This document shows positions 9,241-18,323 of a stretch of 34,842 nucleotides of DNA, piece by piece. Source of the stretch: Bdellovibrionales bacterium (GTDB lineage Bacteria; Bdellovibrionota; Bdellovibrionia; Bdellovibrionales; JAMPXM01); assembly GCA_043739185.1 (NCBI GenBank), contig JAYUEN010000372.1:1-34842 (forward strand), written 5' to 3'. The notes under the pieces are model-generated. The model saw only the letters and a list, made by a program, of their open reading frames with translations, was not told the DNA's origin and searched no databases. Position numbers and translations under genes: made by a program. Positions within the stretch are counted from its first letter, which is position 1. Each line of letters begins with the position of its first letter.

Positions 9241-9765
9241 ATGTTAAGTCGAAGAGACTTTTTAGCACAAAAATTCAAACTCATGATTTACGGAGGTATT
9301 GCCGGATTGGGGATTCCAACGGTATTGCTTTCAAAACTTCCTTTTGTAACTAAGTGTGATATTCAAATTGATTCTAACGATCTAAGATCACAAGAAGAAT
9401 TCATTCAAAGCTGTTTTGAACAAAACTTACGACCGATTGATTTTCTTAAATCTAACTTTAGTGCGGCTCAAAAGAAAAATTACTTAAGTGTGCGTTCTCA
9501 GTTTGAAAATAGTGGTCGTCTATTGAAAACTCACCGCATTTTTGATCAAGAAAAACGCAAGGTCACAGTGGTTAATGTTTGGAGACAGAAAAGTGACTTC
9601 GAAGAGTTTGACAAATTGACTCAGGTTTCAAATCTACCTGCGGTATATAAGGCAAATGGACTTCGATTGAAGTATGAACTTGGTACAGAAATGGAGCACA
9701 TTTCATCTCTCATGAGCGAAGTTTATCTACGAAGGGCAAACTACAGCAAACTCTTGATTGGTTAG
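9241..9765 (+). CDS. Hypothetical protein with twin-arginine-like N-terminus
   Basis: RBS AGGGAG. MLSRRDFL followed by a hydrophobic stretch. C-terminal domain resembles the N-terminus of ORF 4039..5193. Confidence 0.7.
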   Translation: MLSRRDFLAQKFKLMIYGGIAGLGIPTVLLSKLPFVTKCDIQIDSNDLRSQEEFIQSCFEQNLRPIDFLKSNFSAAQKKNYLSVRSQFENSGRLLKTHRIFDQEKRKVTVVNVWRQKSDFEEFDKLTQVSNLPAVYKANGLRLKYELGTEMEHISSLMSEVYLRRANYSKLLIG

Positions 9766-10516
9766 GCTTGTGTTAGTATCTGATCTTGCTGAAACTTTAG
9801 CGAAAATCCCTCATTTAAAAATTGGCCAAATATCAGGTGATTCTTTGCGATTGATCCTCGAAGAGGTGGATCGCGAAGTCGATGGGTACTCAAGTGTAGA
9901 ATTAAATTCTCAAATGGCTGGGAAGTACGTTGGCGAGTTTCAGGATGCTTGGAGTGCCCGAGGAATAATTGACTATGATCCAGACAGTAAAAGAATTCTA
10001 ACCTATCAAAGGTCAATGCAGATTCAAGCCGAACAAGGCAAACAGCTAAAGCATTTTACAACAGATTTATATGAGCGACTAGTTGAAGTCCGCAAATTGA
10101 TAGAAAGTATTACTCAAAAACCAAAAACCACGCGAATATTTAAATTGAAGGCAAAGACACAGTTGCCTTGGCACAGCCATCTACAATCTATAGCAAAAGA
10201 AAAAGACTATAAGCGTATAGTTGTGCAAATTCCCTTAATTAATAGTGAAGCCTGTATTTATCAAGTCAGGCATAGAGAGATTGATCAAATCATTGAACAA
10301 ATTTACTCTCCTGGAGAGATTTGGATTTTCAATTCGTTTCATCAGCATCGGGTCATTAATCAGTCTCAATGTGATCGACTGTCTCTTTTTATTGAGACTG
10401 ATTTACATGATTTCTGTTTGTCGGAGGATTTGAATTCACTCTGTCAGAAATATCTAAAGAGCGGTGGCGTTTATTTTCGAGAGGAGGCTTCGAGTGGAAA
10501 TGAATTATTTCGATAA
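9758..10516 (+). CDS. AspH-like DSBH oxygenase with HxH...H variant triad
   Basis: TRIFKLKAKTQLPWHSH...VVQIPL...FNSFHQHRVIN...RLSL. Confidence 0.8.
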   Translation: MVRLVLVSDLAETLAKIPHLKIGQISGDSLRLILEEVDREVDGYSSVELNSQMAGKYVGEFQDAWSARGIIDYDPDSKRILTYQRSMQIQAEQGKQLKHFTTDLYERLVEVRKLIESITQKPKTTRIFKLKAKTQLPWHSHLQSIAKEKDYKRIVVQIPLINSEACIYQVRHREIDQIIEQIYSPGEIWIFNSFHQHRVINQSQCDRLSLFIETDLHDFCLSEDLNSLCQKYLKSGGVYFREEASSGNELFR

Positions 10517-11105
10517 CTTGAACACCAGCTTGATTCATAAAACGGAGTTTGATTTTTCAATTCAAAAGCTGCTAGAAGCAACTCAGAGATTAATGAGTCG
10601 TTTGAAAATAACCGAAGAGTTCATAATCGATCGAGGGGGCTACTCTCTTTGTTTGGTACATCGGGCAAATACAGAGGAGAAGGATCGATTCCGTGAAGGT
10701 TCGACTGCACTATGGGATCGAAAGCTTAATAAGCGTTTGTTTCATGAATCAGAATTTACAAACTTCAATCAGGCATTGACGGGCACCTACTTCGAAACTG
10801 TTTATCAAGAGGTGCAAAAAATGACCAATGCTAGGATAAGAAGAATGCGTCTTTTATGGTTACCACCAGAGCGAAACTATGCATTTCACACGGATATCGA
10901 CGAGCCCGTAAGATATCACTTGGCGCTGACCACTAATGAAAATTGCTTTTTCATTTACAAATCAAATGGTAAAATCAATTCGACTTTTCATATTCCAAGC
11001 AATGGATTTCTCTACAAAGTTAATGCCAACGAAGAGCATAGCTTTGTAAATGCCAGCCATGAGTTAAGACTTCACTTGGTTTTTACTACGCCGAAAAATG
11101 TTTAA
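10500..11105 (+). CDS. AspH-like 2OG-Fe(II) oxygenase
   Basis: RMRLLWLPP...HTD...RYHLAL...NANEEHSFVN...RLHL. Start placed at ATG 10500 after GAGGAGG (the ORF track gives 10464). Confidence 0.85.
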   Translation: MNYFDNLNTSLIHKTEFDFSIQKLLEATQRLMSRLKITEEFIIDRGGYSLCLVHRANTEEKDRFREGSTALWDRKLNKRLFHESEFTNFNQALTGTYFETVYQEVQKMTNARIRRMRLLWLPPERNYAFHTDIDEPVRYHLALTTNENCFFIYKSNGKINSTFHIPSNGFLYKVNANEEHSFVNASHELRLHLVFTTPKNV

Positions 11106-11933
11106 TTGAGATATCCAATTTTCATCAAAAAGAAACAGATGAATGATGAACATGCCGAGACTAATTTGTGGAATACTCATCGTCATGAGTATTGCAATAT
11201 GCATAGAGAAGGTTATGAGCCAAACATAAGGGCGAGTGAGCTTAAATAAATATCCGGGGCCTGCCAGAAATTCAATTAAGAGAAAACCACGGTCAATAAT
11301 GACATAGAGCCAGATTGGAATTGCATCTAGAATTGGTCGAACCCAGGTATAGCCATGATAACCCTTTAGGATCGCTGCCGTTGCGCCACCCTCCCACCAT
11401 CGTGGTGTGAAGAATTTTGTATAGCCCATATAGGAGTATGAAATACCTAAAATAATCCATGCGCCCCAATAGAGCACCGGAGACATTTTCCATTCGCTTT
11501 TGCATTTTTCTTTTTTAAGAGAATCACCCTCTGGAATGAGGGCACAGCATAATAAGAGCCAGCCATGGTATGGCAGCTCAATACTGTATGTTGTCGGATT
11601 TTTATTGTACAAAGAGGCCATTACAAACCAAAGTAAAAGAGCCACAATTCTTCTATGAAAGCCGATTAGAAAAAGAAAACTTAGTAAGACCTGTAGGCTC
11701 GCTACAATTTCAATCCAAATTTCGGTTGCCGAAAAAAGTAAGAGTCCTGGAAATTCAAAATTAGAAGTCGGAAAGCTAGTCGCTCCATAAAGACCTTTCA
11801 TTGGGCCCAAATCACTGTAGAGATCGACAGCGTAAGGCCAAATTCTCAAGCTATAGTAAAAGAGAAAGCTTCCGAATAGAACTCGCCAATAAGCAAACCT
11901 TTGAGCGCTATATTTGAAACTTAATCTTTGCAT
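11064..11933 (-). CDS. HTTM-domain (SdpB / VKGC-like) membrane protein
   Basis: WRVLFG, LFLIGFHRR, YMGYTKF..PRWWEG and MHIAI motifs with multiple TM helices. Start placed at ATG 11933, overlapping the upstream stop. Confidence 0.8.
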   Translation of the reverse strand: MQRLSFKYSAQRFAYWRVLFGSFLFYYSLRIWPYAVDLYSDLGPMKGLYGATSFPTSNFEFPGLLLFSATEIWIEIVASLQVLLSFLFLIGFHRRIVALLLWFVMASLYNKNPTTYSIELPYHGWLLLCCALIPEGDSLKKEKCKSEWKMSPVLYWGAWIILGISYSYMGYTKFFTPRWWEGGATAAILKGYHGYTWVRPILDAIPIWLYVIIDRGFLLIEFLAGPGYLFKLTRPYVWLITFSMHIAILMTMSIPQISLGMFIIHLFLFDENWISQLNIFRRSKNQVKS

Positions 11934-12388
11934 TCGAAGGCCCTTGTTATTTTCTTTTCTTTGGTCCACGGCCAAAGGTAAGTTAATTCAAAGCTTGAAA
12001 CCATACTCTTTGAATTCAGCTGACGATAGATTGGGCCATTTGCAGAACATATACTGTAAATTAGATTTCTCTGATGCTTAAAGCTAGCACGAGTAACGGT
12101 ATTGTGATCCGCTCCAACAAAGGACATGCGGTAGCGAGTCGGGCCTTCGATATTTCGCTTCAGCTCATGGTAATTGAGAACAATCTTTGAATCATCTGCA
12201 AAATGAATTGAGATTTCATTAGGCGAAATAAACTTGTCTGTATGAAGCCCATAGTTTGAAAAGGGCACTGGTGCAGGCGATATCATAAGAGCATTTGCAA
12301 CCTCTGAGACAATGCTAAACTTTAGTAAAGCTGAAAACACATGCGAGCATCCTAGCACTACGAGTGTAATTTCGAAAAATTTTCTCAT
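11921..12388 (-). CDS. Small exported/membrane-anchored protein, probable HTTM partner
   Basis: N-terminal hydrophobic segment, SPAPVPFS motif, two Cys in the C-terminal half. Translationally coupled directly upstream of the HTTM gene. Confidence 0.6.
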   Translation of the reverse strand: MRKFFEITLVVLGCSHVFSALLKFSIVSEVANALMISPAPVPFSNYGLHTDKFISPNEISIHFADDSKIVLNYHELKRNIEGPTRYRMSFVGADHNTVTRASFKHQRNLIYSICSANGPIYRQLNSKSMVSSFELTYLWPWTKEKKITRAFECKD

Positions 12389-13227
12389 ATAGGAACTTGA
12401 ACTCCAAAGCTTTGATAAAATGGTCGCACAATGGCTTTCATATTTCGGTTTTCTTCAAAGTCTCGTAGGAGTGGCATTAATGAATTGAAGCAAAAAAGTG
12501 CAAAGAATTGACCATATGGAATTAAATAGTAACGAAAGAAGGCGTCAAAAATGGCGACGCCAATGCCAAAGAAAATTTGCATTTTTTTGGAGCGTGGAGT
12601 AGTTGCCGGATCACTTAGCATATGAAATGTAAAAAGTAAGAAGCCAGGGCTGAGACAGGGGCCAAAGGCAAGGAGCCAATATGTACCCAAGAGCCAACGC
12701 ACTCCTGCGAATAGAAGAAAGCCGGCAAAAAATGAAAGAGTGAGAGTGAGTTGTTTGGCATAGTAGACATTTATTAGTCCCAATGTGAGAAAGACACATG
12801 ATGGGATAACATATCCTGCAAATAAATTTTGAATACCGGTGGCATATCCAGAGGCCAATAAAAATATTAGAACAACTGAAAAGTTAGCCGGATTCATATA
12901 ATGTTTATTCTTATAAGTAAAAAATGATTTTGATAAAACACCAATAGTGACGGCAATGAAATAGAGGCCGGGATGAGGACTATCAATGAGTAAGCCACAA
13001 GCAAAAGCAATAACTGCCGAGCCAATAGGAACTCGCGATATTTTATATTTAGTCCAACCAATGACAAAATCTAAAGAAATGGCCCAGATTAAAAGACCAG
13101 CAGTGATCCAGTGCGAGCGTTCAAAATTGAAAACTTCTCGAGCCACTATTGCATAGACTGCGAGAATAGATACTTGCACCCAGCGCGGATCGCGCAAATT
13201 TGGAAAGTATTTTAGCATAGATCTCAA
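12385..13227 (-). CDS. UnbU-like / RnfD-NqrB-related membrane protein
   Basis: RDPR, KHYMNPANF and FHMLSDPATTP motifs. Short (280 aa) with no evident FMN-attachment GATP motif. Confidence 0.8.
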   Translation of the reverse strand: MRSMLKYFPNLRDPRWVQVSILAVYAIVAREVFNFERSHWITAGLLIWAISLDFVIGWTKYKISRVPIGSAVIAFACGLLIDSPHPGLYFIAVTIGVLSKSFFTYKNKHYMNPANFSVVLIFLLASGYATGIQNLFAGYVIPSCVFLTLGLINVYYAKQLTLTLSFFAGFLLFAGVRWLLGTYWLLAFGPCLSPGFLLFTFHMLSDPATTPRSKKMQIFFGIGVAIFDAFFRYYLIPYGQFFALFCFNSLMPLLRDFEENRNMKAIVRPFYQSFGVQVPI

Positions 13228-15045
13228 CTACTCCTCATTTACCGAATAATATTTGCCAGAGGCCAAGTTACTTAAGTGCGTCTTTTTACCAAGTGGCCAA
13301 AGGATATTGATGCTGACGGGGCCTTCTTTTGGTAAGCCGAAATGAATTCTCGGATCTGAATAAGCAATAAATCCAGATTTACCTGATGTATCCCAGCGGT
13401 AGGCTTTGAAGCCATCTTGAACAATTTCAATTTTCGTACCGGCAGAAATGGATAAGCCAGGTTTGTGATTAATTTTGAGACCAATCCACTTTTGACTAGG
13501 GGCAGTTTGATTTTTTAAAAAATGCACTTCGCCGGTCCTTGTGGTTACGATTAAATCTATTACGCCATTGTTTCTTGTATCAATCATTGCAACGGCTCGG
13601 CCGTCCCAAGACTTTCGAATTCCAGATCTGTAGGATTCATTTCTAAATTTTGAGCCTTGATTTACAAATACGCAGTCGACTTGGTTTCCGCTGCGAAATG
13701 GGATTTTTTCTCGTTCAAAAAGACTTAAGTGGCTGGTCATAATTCCGGGTAATCCGACAAAAGTTGCCGTCACAAATCCATCGCCTGACGTCCAGGGCTT
13801 GTCCCGGCTTACAAAGCCATTTGCGACATACGAATCGATATGCCCGTCTAAATTGAAGTCACCAAATGCGGCCCCCCAGGCAAAAAGACAATTTTCTAAA
13901 CCAAATTCGGGCGCGCGATCAGTAGCTTTGCCATTTTGATCGAAGTGCCACAAGAAATTTCCTCGTTCATTATATCTTGGATAAAATACATTTGAGATGA
14001 AAACATGTGGAGTGCCTGACCCATCCAAATCAACAAAAGAGACGTTCATTCCGTATCTTCGGTCTGGGATTCCGAGATCGCCACTTCGATTTACAAATTT
14101 TGAGCCGTCTTCTTCAAACAAGAAATCAGGTCCAAAATCATTGGCAACATAGAGATCCATTTTACCTTGATTTCTCATGTCGCCATAGTTTGCATCAATG
14201 GCCCAGCCTGTAGAGGGGGGCAGTGCCTGATCAGTAATGTCTTTGAACTTTCCATTTCCTAAATTTAAATAGAGTGAATCTTGACCGCCGTTATTTGCTG
14301 AATAGGTATTTTCTGGCCAAACAAAAGCCTTTGGGTCTAAAAAATTAAAATTTGGAAAATAACGAAAGACGAACAAGTCTGGGAGACCATCATGATTGAT
14401 ATCAACGACAACTGCGCCCTGACTATTTTTACAGTCTTTTAGGCCAGAAACCTCAGTCACATCAACAAAGTGATCTCCGCGATTTTCATAAAGACGAGTG
14501 CATCCTAGTCCGGCTATAAATAGGTCGGGCAAATGATCGCCATTGAAATCAAATACAACTGGCGAGAGTGCTCCAATTTGACTTGAATTGAGGTCACTGA
14601 TTCCCCATTCCAACGCACGATCTACGAAATGATTTCCGCCTTGATTTATAAATAAATGATTCTTTCCTGGCGAACTACCTGCTGGCAAAAAGACATCCAT
14701 ATAGCCGTCGTTATTAAAATCAGCGACCGCTACTCCGGGTCCAAGAATGTATTCTCCTCGCAAATGCGCTTCATTCTTTTCTAAGCCCTTTGAGTAGTCT
14801 TTCATTAGCTCAGGCAGTTTGAATTTATAGTCCGAAAAGCCAAAGCTCACAGTAGCATCCTCAAATTTTAAGGCTGGTACTCGAGCGTCGTTTCGCAGCT
14901 CACTTCGCAAGTTTAATGCCTCAAAGCGCTGGCGAAAAGATTTATCTCGATTGGCGAAAAGCAGAAAGAATACAAAGCACCAGGCCACGCTCGCGATCAA
15001 AGCTGCTAATCGATATTTTTTTGGGGGGTGGATTTGATTAGACAT
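13228..15045 (-). CDS. CRTAC1 / ASPIC-UnbV family FG-GAP repeat protein
   Basis: N-terminal TM anchor, seven D-x-[DN]-x-D-G-like FG-GAP repeats (ADFNNDGYMD, DFNGDHLPD, DINHDGLPD, DMRNQGKMD, DLDGSG, DFNLDGHID, DTRNNGVID) and C-terminal SDPRIHFGL...ILWPLG. Confidence 0.92.
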   Translation of the reverse strand: MSNQIHPPKKYRLAALIASVAWCFVFFLLFANRDKSFRQRFEALNLRSELRNDARVPALKFEDATVSFGFSDYKFKLPELMKDYSKGLEKNEAHLRGEYILGPGVAVADFNNDGYMDVFLPAGSSPGKNHLFINQGGNHFVDRALEWGISDLNSSQIGALSPVVFDFNGDHLPDLFIAGLGCTRLYENRGDHFVDVTEVSGLKDCKNSQGAVVVDINHDGLPDLFVFRYFPNFNFLDPKAFVWPENTYSANNGGQDSLYLNLGNGKFKDITDQALPPSTGWAIDANYGDMRNQGKMDLYVANDFGPDFLFEEDGSKFVNRSGDLGIPDRRYGMNVSFVDLDGSGTPHVFISNVFYPRYNERGNFLWHFDQNGKATDRAPEFGLENCLFAWGAAFGDFNLDGHIDSYVANGFVSRDKPWTSGDGFVTATFVGLPGIMTSHLSLFEREKIPFRSGNQVDCVFVNQGSKFRNESYRSGIRKSWDGRAVAMIDTRNNGVIDLIVTTRTGEVHFLKNQTAPSQKWIGLKINHKPGLSISAGTKIEIVQDGFKAYRWDTSGKSGFIAYSDPRIHFGLPKEGPVSINILWPLGKKTHLSNLASGKYYSVNEE

Positions 15046-16141
15046 TTGCAGCCAATTTCGGTTTTAGGTTTGATATGAGGGGCCCGATATTTTCACTAAT
15101 TTCTGGCTCACGAAAGCGAAAAATCACAGCATCTAAATAGAAATGCATGAGAGCATTAGACACATTCAAAACTGAGAATACCACCCAAACTTTTGGAATT
15201 TGCCCGAGATCGTTTCGGTATAGATACTTAATGAGCGGCTGATGGGAGCTTAAAAACCAAACTAAGGAAATAGCGGAGCAAAATAAAATAAGCATTGAGA
15301 TCCAAAGTTTATTGTTTTTGATGCTTGAATTAGAGTGCATTTCTTTAGTCACAAATAAATATTCAATTCCATGTATAATTTCTGTAGCAATAGTTGCATA
15401 GCCTATGGCTGGAGTGACCGGATAGTAAAGCAGGCGAAGTAAATAAGATCTCTTGGACGAATGCTCTACACCTTTTTGTTTTAAAGTATTGAAGAAAATA
15501 AAACCCACGATCAGGATCCCGATCGCAAGCATTGTCATTTTGTATCCTAACCCAAAAGAATGAGGATAGAAGCTTAATATGAAGGCTTGAGCCCCACATA
15601 ACAAAACGAGAAAATGAATAGCAAGCATCTCTCGCGATTCGGATTTTTCAAACTGACTCGATAAACTTTCACTATTTACGTTATTTTTGATTTTGAAGTT
15701 ATAAACTTTTAGGAGACCTTGGGTCTGCATCAAAGTATGGGCGCGGCTACTGAAAAGATATATCCCAAAGTAGAATTTTGCCATAAAGTTATAATCTACA
15801 ACTGGCGAGGTCGCGATCAATTTGTAGGGTATCAGTCCGACGAATACGAGTCCGGCATATATGAATATCCATTTGGCCCACCAAAAAAAAGGGCGGCCCT
15901 TTGTTTTTATATTAATGATCTTTTGAAACTCGGGCAGAGCAATGAGATTTGCAAATGTAAATCCAAGATGAAGTGTACTTATCAAAAAAATGCTAGCGAT
16001 GGTATTGACCAAGAGCTTTTCACCCGAAGTTGATCCCCACTCAAAGGTGATGGCTGCAACTACGAGGGGAAATAGAACGAGCGGCAGAAACAGATTTAGG
16101 CGCTCATCTGTTTTTTCAAATAATCTAACGTTTGCGGCCAC
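15038..16141 (-). CDS. Multi-pass membrane protein with four His motifs (putative metalloenzyme)
   Basis: STLHLGFT, AHTLMQTQG, IHGIEYL and MHFYLDAVIFR within a ~9-10 TM protein. First gene of a tightly coupled operon. Confidence 0.65.
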   Translation of the reverse strand: MAANVRLFEKTDERLNLFLPLVLFPLVVAAITFEWGSTSGEKLLVNTIASIFLISTLHLGFTFANLIALPEFQKIINIKTKGRPFFWWAKWIFIYAGLVFVGLIPYKLIATSPVVDYNFMAKFYFGIYLFSSRAHTLMQTQGLLKVYNFKIKNNVNSESLSSQFEKSESREMLAIHFLVLLCGAQAFILSFYPHSFGLGYKMTMLAIGILIVGFIFFNTLKQKGVEHSSKRSYLLRLLYYPVTPAIGYATIATEIIHGIEYLFVTKEMHSNSSIKNNKLWISMLILFCSAISLVWFLSSHQPLIKYLYRNDLGQIPKVWVVFSVLNVSNALMHFYLDAVIFRFREPEISENIGPLISNLKPKLAANV

Positions 16142-16304
16142 AGAATGCCTCTAGAAAGTGATTGGTTGAGTTTTATCCTATTTTACTCTTAATAGATTAT
16201 CTAGTTGGCTTGAGATTTTTTTTAAATAGGTACGCTGTGTCTATTTTTCAGAGGTGAATATTACTTGTTGGTGCCTGAGCATTACCCTAAACTTATAGGT
16301 TCAT

Positions 16305-18323
16305 ATGGCGAAAATTCTCATCAGCAATCCCTCAAGTACCTACATTACTTTTCTTCCATATATTCATGGCGTATTGAAAGTATTTGCCCAAAGAGATCCA
16401 CAGATTTCTCAACACTATGAATGGCTGAGACCAATTTACTTGTATGATACCCCTGAAAACTTAATTGCTGAATACGATTTAAGTGAAATTGATGTACTTG
16501 GTATAAGTTGTTATGTTTGGAACTTTTCTTTGCAGTGTGAGATAGCAAAAAGAGTCAAGCAGATCAATCCAGAGTGTTTGGTTGTGGCCGGTGGTCCCGA
16601 ACCTGATTGGAATGATGAATGTTTTTTTGAGCAATATCCATTTATAGATATTGTGGTCACACACGACGGTGAGATTCCATTCCAAAAAATATTGTGTGAG
16701 AGAATGAAATGCTCAAGCGCAGACTACTCTCAAATTCCGGGGATAATCACGAAGCTCGAGGGCAAATGGTCTCGCCGAACCGGCGTTGAGAAGGTCAAGT
16801 CGTGGGACGACACAAGCCCTTATTGTGACGATCCTCAAATGATTGAAATTCTGAAGCTGCATCCAAAAGATAAAAGTCTTGCCGTAATTTGGGAAACAAA
16901 CCGCGGCTGCCCTTATAGTTGTGTGTTTTGTGACTGGGGCTCTAATGTTTCGACAAAAATACGAGCTTTTTCAAATAATAAACTAATGAAAGAAATTAAG
17001 TGGTTCTCGCAAAATAAAATTGAGCGAGTTTATATAGCGGATGCAAACTTTGGAATTCTGCCTCGAGATGAGGTTATTGTAGATGAAATCTGCAAACAAA
17101 AAAGTGAATCGAATTGGCCAAAAATTGTTGACTGGTGTGCTGCCAAAAATAATATTGATCGGGTTACCAGCATTTGTTTGAAATTACATGAGTCCAATCT
17201 AAACCGAGGGGTTTTGATTGGATATCAATCTACGAGTACGGAAGTACTATCTGCGATGCTTCGACTCAATATGGCCGAACAACAGCACCGCGAGATGGTC
17301 CTTCGCCTCAAGAGTTCAAATGTTCATGTATTTGCAGCAATCATTTTGGGGAGTCCTGAAGATACTTGTGAAAGCTTTAAGAAAACAATTCATGACTTGC
17401 TAGATTTGGGTTTTCACGACTCTATTCGCTGTTATTTGTATGCACTTTTGCCTAATGCGCCCGCCAATGAAAAGTCGTATCTCAAAAAATATAAAATCAA
17501 GACCAAGCGGTCTAAAATTGTTGGACCAGTTTCTGACAATACCGAATTAGATAGTATTTACTATCCAAGAATTGATTACATAGTTGGGCACCATAAAATG
17601 TCCACATACGAATGGATTGAAAACTGCCAATATTATGCCTTCATTAGCGGTTTGCACAATTTGGGTTTGACTCGTCATTTGGCCAATTTTTCTAAAGTGA
17701 AATTAGGCATTTCTTATGGGGACTTTTATTCAAAGATTTTCAATTATTTTATCCACAATAAGAATACCCATCTTGGAAAAATTTTAGAGAATCTCAAAGC
17801 ACATTTAAATTCATTTTTGACAGATGAAGAAGCTATTTTCTTTGCAAGAAAAGATGAGGAAAATGCACTTTACGAGCATGAGAAATGGATATTCATTGAG
17901 ATTCTTGAACAAAAAAGCCGATTTTATTCTGAACTTGAAATTTGCTTGATTAAAGAACTTGAGTTTCCAGAGGTCTATCGTGAATTGATAGACTTTCAGA
18001 GTTTCTCTATTTTCCCTATCTGTGGTGACTATCAGCAGACCGCGAAATTTGAGCTTAATTGGCTAGATATTCTGGATTTCTCAGGTGATGCCTCCGCTCA
18101 TAATAGATTTCAAAAAGAAAGTCATTTTATCATTTCTCATAAAATAGATTTTACTGAGAAGTACAAGTGGCTAAACCTGCAGGATATGACAAAACGAAAG
18201 AGTAGGTATGTTCAAGAAGTATTAGGGAGCATGATTTATAAAAACTCTTCAGCCCTTGCTAAATTGGATTCTTTAGGAATTGATTTAGAAGACAATAGAA
18301 ATTTTAATGATCGAGAGATTTAA
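16305..18323 (+). CDS. Cobalamin-binding radical SAM protein
   Basis: N-terminal B12-binding-like domain (LPY..G.L, GISCYVWN, GGPE), ETNRGCPYSCVFCDWG, DANFG. Confidence 0.92.
   Translation: MAKILISNPSSTYITFLPYIHGVLKVFAQRDPQISQHYEWLRPIYLYDTPENLIAEYDLSEIDVLGISCYVWNFSLQCEIAKRVKQINPECLVVAGGPEPDWNDECFFEQYPFIDIVVTHDGEIPFQKILCERMKCSSADYSQIPGIITKLEGKWSRRTGVEKVKSWDDTSPYCDDPQMIEILKLHPKDKSLAVIWETNRGCPYSCVFCDWGSNVSTKIRAFSNNKLMKEIKWFSQNKIERVYIADANFGILPRDEVIVDEICKQKSESNWPKIVDWCAAKNNIDRVTSICLKLHESNLNRGVLIGYQSTSTEVLSAMLRLNMAEQQHREMVLRLKSSNVHVFAAIILGSPEDTCESFKKTIHDLLDLGFHDSIRCYLYALLPNAPANEKSYLKKYKIKTKRSKIVGPVSDNTELDSIYYPRIDYIVGHHKMSTYEWIENCQYYAFISGLHNLGLTRHLANFSKVKLGISYGDFYSKIFNYFIHNKNTHLGKILENLKAHLNSFLTDEEAIFFARKDEENALYEHEKWIFIEILEQKSRFYSELEICLIKELEFPEVYRELIDFQSFSIFPICGDYQQTAKFELNWLDILDFSGDASAHNRFQKESHFIISHKIDFTEKYKWLNLQDMTKRKSRYVQEVLGSMIYKNSSALAKLDSLGIDLEDNRNFNDREI

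Noticed and set aside
12385..15045. Enediyne BGC or Rnf/Nqr respiratory operon
   Set aside because: No PKSE, thioesterase or UnbL, no other rnf/nqr subunits, and no FMN-attachment motif.
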